Part shown: positions 56,710 to 64,000 of the stretch, piece after piece
Position numbering within the stretch: the first letter of the stretch is position 1
Layout: each line of letters starts with the position of its first letter
Virus record (IMG/VR): IMGVR_UViG_3300007747_000009
Span: 1 to 64,000 of that record
Strand: one strand, 5' to 3'
Source: a virus
Lineage: Duplodnaviria; Caudoviricetes
Length of the DNA stretch: 64,000 nt
Program-made: the position numbers and the translations under genes
Notes under the pieces: model-generated
The model's database searches: none
What the model was told of the DNA's origin: nothing
The model's input: only the letters and a program-made list of their open reading frames with translations

Positions 56710-57545
56710 AACTACAACTACTATATGACTTTCTAAGCCCCCCTGATAATGATGGAGATTATGTGGATGAGGATGTTGGATATGCATCAAATTCGTATAC
56801 TAACTCAAAGCTACCACATGAACATACTAATTTTCATAGTTCACTATTCAGTCGAATGAGTAAGTACTTTAAATCTATAAATCGTTATGCTACTATTAGT
56901 TTAGTAGAAGTACCTGATGATGTAATGTTTCAGTACATGATTGAAAACGTATTTGACTATGATTATGTTTCGTATGATATGTTTCAGCATAGAATTTGCA
57001 TATCGAATTCTAAGTATGAAAGTACTCGTTATGGGCGGGAGTCATATGGATACGCCACAGCTTCAAACTCTTCTAGCTATGCAAATGGTAATATTTTTAC
57101 ATTCGGTCATGAGCATAATTCTGAATTGGAAAAAACCCAAGATGAAAGAAAGACGTACTGCATTGTTCCAGATGCAGAACATTATTCAAATATTTTAGAA
57201 GTACTTAGGCCACATGTGGTTTATGAATTTGCTAGGTGGTTTAAAGAGGGAGCTAGGATTATTGGTGAAACTCAGGATCTTGGAATTATTTCATACTCAG
57301 ATGACCCGGTTGGTGACTATGGATATAATTCAGTTAAGAATTCTGGAAGAATTTTTCTTGATAATGAAAAAGGCAGTACCGAGACATTCAATCTCAGATA
57401 TGACCAATTTTCTACGTGTATGGACTTCTGGATGAATGATCATGTACTATTCACAGAAGCACGTCAGTTCATTTCAGATCTCGAGGTAGAGGCTTACAGA
57501 GCGTTATATGCGATGATTCATACTGAAATAACTGAGACAAAATGA
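56706..57545 (+). CDS. Hypothetical protein
   Basis: TTG start overlapping the upstream stop; 279 aa. Confidence 0.7.
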   Translation: MKLQLLYDFLSPPDNDGDYVDEDVGYASNSYTNSKLPHEHTNFHSSLFSRMSKYFKSINRYATISLVEVPDDVMFQYMIENVFDYDYVSYDMFQHRICISNSKYESTRYGRESYGYATASNSSSYANGNIFTFGHEHNSELEKTQDERKTYCIVPDAEHYSNILEVLRPHVVYEFARWFKEGARIIGETQDLGIISYSDDPVGDYGYNSVKNSGRIFLDNEKGSTETFNLRYDQFSTCMDFWMNDHVLFTEARQFISDLEVEAYRALYAMIHTEITETK

Positions 57546-57562
57546 CAAAAATGTGATATAAT

Positions 57563-58207
57563 ATAGGGGTAAAGACGTGTGTTCTTTACCCCTTTTTAAT
57601 TCTGAATGATCCCATTTATGGGAATTTTAAAGCACCTGATTCACTCGAAAATGTAGAGGACAGATGAGTAGTTCATTCAGTACGATTAGCAGATGATACC
57701 CGTTAGGAGATGGCATAGTTTGTACCACCCACGGCAATGCGGCTATAAAAACCAAGTCAGAATTACATAAGTACTTGGCGTGTACACGGCACGATAGACA
57801 TATAGGACTCGCACCTACCAAATGTATAAGGGAATCACCTTATTCTATTGTGCGACGTATTTTAGGGCTAGCCCTTAATCCGTCCAGAATTTGAGTGATA
57901 AGTACAATAACTGTTCATGTTGTTATTGTGCTATGCGTAGTAAGACTACGACCGTTGCATAGAACCGCGATAGGGAGAAACAGGGCAACCCGCTTCCGCT
58001 CACTATATGAAATTCGTGACATGAAATGATGAAACCACCAGCGTCAAATTATATTTTCTTCCCCACCCAGTGGGGGGATGAAATTGAATCAACAAACCTC
58101 GTCAATAATTAAAGTACAATAATTAATTAATAAGAATATTAAAATACGAACGCTAGTGAGTATTTTGATTTTCTTATTTTAAATCGTCTAACGAAGTTAG
58201 ATGATTC
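57563..58207 (+). ncRNA. Candidate large structured non-coding RNA or origin region
   Basis: About 650 nt without a credible ORF; TATAAT at 57557; at least 10 hairpins. Confidence 0.4.
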
Positions 58208-58241
58208 TTTATTGTTTATATCAAGCAAGAGAAATAAAATA

Positions 58242-58778
58242 ATGAATGAAGTGAAATATAAAAAGAAAGACGGTACATTTATTCAGTCCTTTAATAAGCA
58301 AGTACCTGAAAACTTTACTGGATATAAAATAAGTAAAGACTATAATAAAATCAGTTCAATTCGTGAGTATCTAAATAGCCATGAGATAGGAAATATCAAG
58401 TTCCGACCCACTAAAATTCCAGTTGTTTTTACTGTGTCATACGAAAATGGATATAGAGAAACACGGTACTCAAATGGTAACATCCAACACGCCTTTAATA
58501 GAAATTCAGATGGTATGATGTACGGGGAATCTCGTACATATGATAGTGGTGGTGTTTTAGTTGGTAGAACATATCACTACGAGCATAAGAATGTCACAGA
58601 AGATATTAAATCCTTTATTGGTTATACTGGTGGAGACATGAATTTCGTTGACTACCAATTCGGTGAAGATGAGATCTTTAATATCTATATGAGGTACGGA
58701 AGTAAATTTAAATTTTTCAACGAGTACAGAATTGATAAATCCATTATTGATGATATTGCTAAGTTCTGTATAGAATAA
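58242..58778 (+). CDS. Hypothetical protein with MORN-like beta repeats
   Basis: YENG..YSNGNI..GESRTYDSGG. Confidence 0.6.
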   Translation: MNEVKYKKKDGTFIQSFNKQVPENFTGYKISKDYNKISSIREYLNSHEIGNIKFRPTKIPVVFTVSYENGYRETRYSNGNIQHAFNRNSDGMMYGESRTYDSGGVLVGRTYHYEHKNVTEDIKSFIGYTGGDMNFVDYQFGEDEIFNIYMRYGSKFKFFNEYRIDKSIIDDIAKFCIE

Positions 58779-58789
58779 AGGAAACTATT

Positions 58790-59317
58790 ATGGGTGGAAA
58801 GGAAATCACCAACGACAAATCAATACATTACAGCTCAGGGAAAGATATTTGGTGTACTCCACCAAAACTCTTTAATGATCTAAATTCCTTATGGAACTTT
58901 ACGTTAGATGCTGCTTGTATGAAAGAAACTGCTTTATGTAAAAAGTACTTCACACCAGATGACAATAGTCTAATCCAAGACTGGAGTACTGATACTGTCT
59001 GGTTAAACCCGCCGTACAGTGATTTAAAAACATGGTTAGGTAAAGCAGTACAAGAATATAAACGTGGTGCTACGGTAGTAATGTTAGTACCATCTAGAAC
59101 AGATACTATTGCATTTCAGAATTTTGCAGTTCCTGAGTGTAGTTGCATTTGTTTTGTTAAGGGAAGGATTACTTTTATTGATCCAGAAGAAACCGATTTG
59201 GATAAGAAAAAGAATCCTGCACCCTTTCCAAGCTGTTTATTAATTTTAGATAATGACTTAACAGAAGAGAAAATAGAATACTTAAAAACTTTAGGACGGG
59301 TAATGAAAAATGTCTAA
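58790..59317 (+). CDS. dam: Phage DNA N6-adenine methyltransferase (phage Dam family)
   Basis: DIWCTP, FTLDAA, WLNPPYS, VMLVPSRTDT, KGRITF, APFPS. Confidence 0.85.
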   Translation: MGGKEITNDKSIHYSSGKDIWCTPPKLFNDLNSLWNFTLDAACMKETALCKKYFTPDDNSLIQDWSTDTVWLNPPYSDLKTWLGKAVQEYKRGATVVMLVPSRTDTIAFQNFAVPECSCICFVKGRITFIDPEETDLDKKKNPAPFPSCLLILDNDLTEEKIEYLKTLGRVMKNV

Positions 59318-59846
59318 AACGTGTGTGTTTATGTACGGGAGAATGAATCCAGTACACTTAGGTCACGGTATGGTGTTCGATAAAGCTTTGAACTTGCAAA
59401 ATGACAGTACTGATGTTAAACTCTTTTTGAGTTCATCCTATGATACAGAAAAGAACCCACTTCCCAGAGAAGTTAGACAGTACTTTATATCTGAGTTCTT
59501 CCCTGATATTCGGGATAACATTCAAGATGTGTATGTAAAAAACCTCTTCGATATCATGAAATCCCTTGATGGTGAGTACAACAACGTTGTGTTCGTTGGT
59601 GGTTCTGATAGGACTGATAATTTTCAAAAAACCCTTGACAAATACAACGGAAAGGAATATAATTTTAATTCAATCAGCACAGTACTAGCTGGGATGGATC
59701 GAAATGCGTCGATTTACAGCAGTACTCACATGCGTGAGTCAGTACTAAAAGATGATTTTGAATCATTCAAGATATGTCTTCCGGGAGATAATGAATACTT
59801 AAAATATGATATGTTTTGTCGTGTCCAACGGCATATGGGGATATAA
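59310..59846 (+). CDS. Cytidyltransferase-like (HxGH nucleotidyltransferase)
   Basis: YGRMNPVHLGH, KNPL, VGGSDR, SSTHMR. Confidence 0.8.
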   Translation: MSKTCVFMYGRMNPVHLGHGMVFDKALNLQNDSTDVKLFLSSSYDTEKNPLPREVRQYFISEFFPDIRDNIQDVYVKNLFDIMKSLDGEYNNVVFVGGSDRTDNFQKTLDKYNGKEYNFNSISTVLAGMDRNASIYSSTHMRESVLKDDFESFKICLPGDNEYLKYDMFCRVQRHMGI

Positions 59847-60146
59847 TTGAACTTAGAATACTTACCACCGAACCAAATTATCTGGGACGAAAATGAACGA
59901 ACTGGAAAGCGTCATGTAGACCTAATCAATACTGATAATGGTGTAAAACTGATTGCAATAATTTCTCACCGCAACAAAGCGGAGTGGGAAGCAAGAATTA
60001 TACCGATGGGTTATTCATTCAGTGATGATGATGTTAGATCATTATGGCCTGAATTATCAGGATTCGTCCTTGAACTCATGAAATATTTAGAAACAAACAC
60101 AGAAATTACCTACGAAGATATCCTTAGTTTTATTGGACTTGAGTAG
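59847..60146 (+). CDS. Hypothetical protein
   Basis: ORF within the operon. Confidence 0.6.
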   Translation: MNLEYLPPNQIIWDENERTGKRHVDLINTDNGVKLIAIISHRNKAEWEARIIPMGYSFSDDDVRSLWPELSGFVLELMKYLETNTEITYEDILSFIGLE

Positions 60147-60163
60147 TACTTAAAGGGGAACAA

Positions 60164-60781
60164 ATGTTAATACAATCCGAATCTTTTGCACGTTATCATC
60201 GCATGGGCTTTTCACCACGACCGGTACGTGGTAAGGGCGATGAACAAGATTTTGCGGTTGCCTACTACTTTGATAATGTACAATATGTATTCAATGACTA
60301 CGGTACTTACGAAGAAGATGGTAACGTAGATGATATGAATATGACAGTACTTAATCTTGATTACATTATTAATAGTGATCGTCATGAAAAAGTAAAAGCA
60401 GTTGCTGACCATATTCAACAACAATTACGCGTACCTATTTGGTGCGAAATCGCGTTAGACACGCAGCTTGGAATTTCGTTCGGTAGCAGTTCTGGAATCA
60501 TTGCACAAATGATCATGGATTTCCCAACTAAAGAGAAGTTCGAAGATTACAAAGCAAAACTACTTGAACAATTGAAATCACTAAGTCCTGATTTAGATCT
60601 AAGTAAGCTACCACCAATTGAAGATGTGGTTGATTTTATTTTAATCCCTTCTGAAAGTGAGTACGACATTCTTTTCAAAGATCTAAAAGTTGATGGGGTT
60701 ATTGTCGAAAATCTAGATGATGATGATTTTTATATTGAAATCAATCTCGATGATGATCCAGATGATGACGATGACGAATAA
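60164..60781 (+). CDS. Hypothetical acidic protein
   Basis: GGGGA RBS; Asp-rich tail. Confidence 0.75.
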   Translation: MLIQSESFARYHRMGFSPRPVRGKGDEQDFAVAYYFDNVQYVFNDYGTYEEDGNVDDMNMTVLNLDYIINSDRHEKVKAVADHIQQQLRVPIWCEIALDTQLGISFGSSSGIIAQMIMDFPTKEKFEDYKAKLLEQLKSLSPDLDLSKLPPIEDVVDFILIPSESEYDILFKDLKVDGVIVENLDDDDFYIEINLDDDPDDDDDE

Positions 60782-60899
60782 GTGTAAACATTACTGGGAA
60801 GAAGACCATCGTCCCGGTTCTAACTACGGTGGCTATTGCTGCCGTAAATGTGGTTCTTCTGCAAAGAATCCTTGGGAGGATAAAAATGCCAAAAACTGA
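60771..60899 (+). CDS. Small Zn-ribbon-like peptide
   Basis: CKHYW...CCRKCG. Confidence 0.5.
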   Translation: MTNKCKHYWEEDHRPGSNYGGYCCRKCGSSAKNPWEDKNAKN

Positions 60900-61572
60900 T
60901 TATACAAAATTACGTACCAAAGTACTTGGAATCATCGAAGGGTTGGCTTTATCTAATCCTGAATACAATAAATTACGTAAGCTACTTATCTTATGTGAAC
61001 AAGTACATTCCGGTTCTCGTAAAGATGGTAGTAAAGAATTTAGCCACCAACTTGAAATGATTGCATTCGCCCTCACTTATCATACTCAATTAGAGTCACC
61101 ACTTGAAGTGTACTTGGCTATTCTAATTCATGATGTAATAGAGGACTATCCGGGGATGCGTTTAGCTATTGAACGTGACTTCCCAGAGGAATTAAAGTAC
61201 AGTGACCGTTTATCCAAGTTCAAAGACCCTGATGGTGGATATGGATTGTACTTCGCTAATCTAAGTACTTGTCCAATCTGTAGTATTGCTAAACTGATCG
61301 ACCGTGTACACAATCTAAGTACTGCACCCGGTGTATTCAAAACTGCTAAGATTCTTGAGTACTGTAAAGAAACTGAACAATACTATTTCGAATTGATTCG
61401 CATGTGCAAAGAGAACTTTACGAATCGTAATGTATATGAGAACTTGAAGTTCATTCTTACTACACAGGTTAATACTATTCAGTCCTTAGTTCCACAAGAA
61501 CAAAATGAAGTATATCAAACTTCTATTGAATTATATAAATTGAATACAATAAAGGTTGATAAAAATGAATAG
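60886..61572 (+). CDS. HD-domain hydrolase, SpoT/Mesh1-like (p)ppGpp hydrolase family
   Basis: HSGSRKDG..FSHQLE, LIHDVIED, AKLIDRVHNL; start re-set to MPKTDY. Confidence 0.75.
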   Translation: MPKTDYTKLRTKVLGIIEGLALSNPEYNKLRKLLILCEQVHSGSRKDGSKEFSHQLEMIAFALTYHTQLESPLEVYLAILIHDVIEDYPGMRLAIERDFPEELKYSDRLSKFKDPDGGYGLYFANLSTCPICSIAKLIDRVHNLSTAPGVFKTAKILEYCKETEQYYFELIRMCKENFTNRNVYENLKFILTTQVNTIQSLVPQEQNEVYQTSIELYKLNTIKVDKNE

Positions 61573-61786
61573 TGGATTTAAAACGTTAATTTGGTTTAAT
61601 CGCCTTGCAATGGTATTAATTTATTTTATTATGTTTTCCACCTTTATTGCCGTTTCAACGATTGAAATTGGTTCTTTATTTTTATTATGTGCCATTGGTT
61701 GCATTTTGTTATTAGGTGCAGGATGTTTTGCAATACAGATCCTAGAAGAGATTAACAAGGAGCTTAAAAATGGACCAACCCTCTAG
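61565..61786 (+). CDS. Small membrane protein
   Basis: Two hydrophobic segments. Confidence 0.6.
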   Translation: MNSGFKTLIWFNRLAMVLIYFIMFSTFIAVSTIEIGSLFLLCAIGCILLLGAGCFAIQILEEINKELKNGPTL

Positions 61787-61937
61787 AGAAAGATGTCCGT
61801 ACTGCCATACTGACGTTGAAACGTATGAGTACTTTACTGAGTGCGTAGGACAGTACGGGAGAAATGTTGTATCCCATACTGTCTGTACTGAATGTGGTGA
61901 GCAACTAAAAGAAAAATTAGTTGACAAGGATATCTAG
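61770..61937 (+). CDS. Small Zn-finger protein (55 aa)
   Basis: CPYC...CTECG; AAGGAG RBS. Confidence 0.55.
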   Translation: MDQPSRERCPYCHTDVETYEYFTECVGQYGRNVVSHTVCTECGEQLKEKLVDKDI

Positions 61938-61980
61938 CCTGTTATAATACAGGCTATATTTTTAATTAAACGGGGTTACC

Positions 61981-62556
61981 ATGACATTTGAAGAAGCAGA
62001 TTATGCAAACTTTAACAACGCATTGGAATCTTTCGAATTTCTAATAAGTAAAAGTTCAGAAAATGAACCATTGAACCATATTGGTTTTTATAACAAAAAT
62101 GACAGGTACTCTAGAACTGATGAAACTGAAACTCATCAGATTTATTACCGTCTAAAAACGAAACCTTCCATTATTGCGTATAATAAAGCAATATCTATGT
62201 CTCTGTTTTCGTTTGAATCATTTAATATTGGATTATTAACAAGTACTAATTTAATCCGGTATAATTGTTATGAAAATAATTGGATGATTCGTATTGAAAC
62301 AAACAATACTAAATTCACAATAATAGATAGTACTGAAAAGATTGAGCTGGATATAACAAGTGAAGCCGATTTATTTCAGTTCACTCTTCTATGTCCATCA
62401 TTTCCAGAGTACTTATTTGATTTTGCAAGAAAATCTATGCATCTTATTAGTACATCTGATGATATTAATAAAGTACTTTTAAAAAGTGAACGTTGTATTA
62501 TAGATTTAGGTATTGCGAATTTAAGAGAAGAGTACAATAGAGTTTATAAGGAGTAG
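61981..62556 (+). CDS. Dispersed FQ-motif paralog
   Basis: MTFEEADYA...EADLFQFTLL; own TTGACA..TATAAT promoter at 61921. Confidence 0.7.
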   Translation: MTFEEADYANFNNALESFEFLISKSSENEPLNHIGFYNKNDRYSRTDETETHQIYYRLKTKPSIIAYNKAISMSLFSFESFNIGLLTSTNLIRYNCYENNWMIRIETNNTKFTIIDSTEKIELDITSEADLFQFTLLCPSFPEYLFDFARKSMHLISTSDDINKVLLKSERCIIDLGIANLREEYNRVYKE

Positions 62557-62588
62557 TAAGGCAGGTTTAATCACAAGGAATGTGAACG

Positions 62589-63320
62589 ATGTTAGATCGA
62601 ATTAAATTTGCTATGGAGTTATCCAACGAATTGAACATGGGTAGTTTTCAAGCACTAAATCCAATTATGGCTGAATACGCAACTGCGGCGGCAACGGCTG
62701 GGGTACAGTGTGGACAAGCAAACCTATTGGCAGATGTTTATAGTGAAGCACAGAGTACTCAATACTCGGTTAAATCCTATAAAGATAAGTTCGTTGGAAT
62801 GTATATGAATGGGGAAGTACAAGAAGAAAGACGCTTCACTGATTTTATTATTGAACGCCGTGTTTCTGGTGTATCTAATCCGAATGCTGAACCAGATAAA
62901 GTACTTGAAGAAGTACTACAAGATATCATGGAAAATGAGCAAAAGAGTAAGGAAAAGTATAATGTACAGAGTACTGAAACAGTGTTATTAGGTTATTCGG
63001 AAGATGACAAGTACTTCTATTTCAGGTTAACTGAAGTTCCATATGTATACGATTTTCCAAGTAGTGTAAGTGAAAAGAATTTTACTGAACGTAGTAAAAA
63101 CTTTCATAAGCACGAAGGAAATAGAAGAAGTATTGATGGGTATAATGAAGATGGTGTACAGGTGTACGAATGGGTGCATCCTAATAATTCAACATATACA
63201 CGTTGTTTGAAGAAGCGTTATGATTTACAAGATGCAGATTCATTTTACTTCAAAATAGAAAAACAAAAATATCTAAGACCTGATGAAAGTACTCTAATGG
63301 GTATGGTTTCATTGATGTAA
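62589..63320 (+). CDS. Hypothetical protein
   Basis: AAGGA RBS; 243 aa. Confidence 0.75.
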   Translation: MLDRIKFAMELSNELNMGSFQALNPIMAEYATAAATAGVQCGQANLLADVYSEAQSTQYSVKSYKDKFVGMYMNGEVQEERRFTDFIIERRVSGVSNPNAEPDKVLEEVLQDIMENEQKSKEKYNVQSTETVLLGYSEDDKYFYFRLTEVPYVYDFPSSVSEKNFTERSKNFHKHEGNRRSIDGYNEDGVQVYEWVHPNNSTYTRCLKKRYDLQDADSFYFKIEKQKYLRPDESTLMGMVSLM

Positions 63321-63370
63321 TTTTTATGTACACGGTTCGCCGTGTACTATTTTTAATTAACGGAGATTTT

Positions 63371-63670
63371 ATGAGTTATAATATTCGAATGGTTCCTAAT
63401 GATGTATGGTTTCAAATAGAAGCGAAATATGTTGATCATAATTCAGTAGTGTATAAAAAACCGGAAGGTAAGAGTTATACATTATTCGACTATGTTACTG
63501 TTGGTGACACTACTGTACAATCTACCCCTGACACTAAATTTTTATATTCAGGTAATCATAACTACCAAAGTATATCTAGTTCTACTGTATTTTGGATTAA
63601 AGCCAGTTTAAATGATATATATGAATTAGTTGATGAAATTGATTCTATGGGAAGCGACTGGGATAAATGA
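63371..63670 (+). CDS. Hypothetical protein
   Basis: GGAG RBS; start MSYNIR. Confidence 0.7.
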   Translation: MSYNIRMVPNDVWFQIEAKYVDHNSVVYKKPEGKSYTLFDYVTVGDTTVQSTPDTKFLYSGNHNYQSISSSTVFWIKASLNDIYELVDEIDSMGSDWDK

Positions 63671-64000
63671 TTATGTATAGTGAAAACATTAAAGTACTTC
63701 TTGATTTATATAAGTTGTTTTTCAATCACGAGTTACAGTCTACTCTTATGTTGAATGAACCAGAAATTATGTATAAATTAGATGGTTTAAATAGAATTCA
63801 CTGGACTGGTCATTTTCTAAAAATAATTATTGATAATTATCCAATTACTATTGGTCCAAATCTTCTACCACAACAACACGAATCAGTTAATTTTAAAAAT
63901 GTAGCTTCTTTCTTAACTAAAAGATTAACAATAGTTTTAAACTCTCCAAATTTATATACTAATATCGGAGATGAACTTATAAGTACTCATTCCTTTCTGA
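63667..64000 (+). CDS. Hypothetical protein, 3' truncated
   Basis: ATGA overlap; frame is open to the window end. Confidence 0.6.
   Translation, partial: MIMYSENIKVLLDLYKLFFNHELQSTLMLNEPEIMYKLDGLNRIHWTGHFLKIIIDNYPITIGPNLLPQQHESVNFKNVASFLTKRLTIVLNSPNLYTNIGDELISTHSFL

Noticed and set aside
57563-58207. Group I/II intron
   Set aside because: The flanking ORFs are complete and unrelated, and I did not see the conserved P7 or domain V sequences.
1323-61927. Many antisense or nested ORFs in the six-frame track (e.g. 1707-2243, 17109-17486, 24981-25274, 41681-42010)
   Set aside because: They shadow well-supported genes on the opposite strand or frame, and lack RBS or recognisable motifs.

Overview
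An AT-rich window of a large tailed phage genome. The organisation best fits a Rak2/GAP32/CBB-like jumbo myophage of enterobacteria; this is inferred from gene content, with no search run. There are five blocks. (1) 1-4.1 kb, + strand: a truncated homing-endonuclease-like gene, a P-loop ATPase and tandem small membrane proteins. (2) 4.1-11.8 kb, - strand: seven paralogs sharing an N-terminal MIPF peptide, six RCC1/BLIP-II-like propellers and one LamG-like, probably virion appendage proteins. (3) About 11.9-13.4 kb: a mostly non-coding strand-switch region with an array of Fur-box matches. (4) About 13.4-33 kb: a pre-early-like region of about 45 small genes, most in stand-alone cassettes (sigma70 promoter, hairpin, RBS). 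It includes TraR/DksA-like, H-NS-like and protein kinase-like genes, plus 13 copies of a promoter-driven, apparently non-coding structured motif (core CTAACCCAYAGGGTG) in both orientations. (5) 33-64 kb: a tandem array of about 30 divergent paralogs sharing an 'EE-x-(Y/H/L)-F-Q-x-S-(L/T)-x-Y' motif, then an ArfA-like microprotein, a ~650 nt structured non-coding segment, a phage Dam-type methyltransferase, a cytidyltransferase and an HD (p)ppGpp-hydrolase-like gene. The hexamer AGTACT is conspicuously frequent throughout. The best candidates for new biology are the 13-copy small-RNA-like motif, the Fur-box array and the FQ-motif paralog array. All functional calls come from motif recognition by eye.
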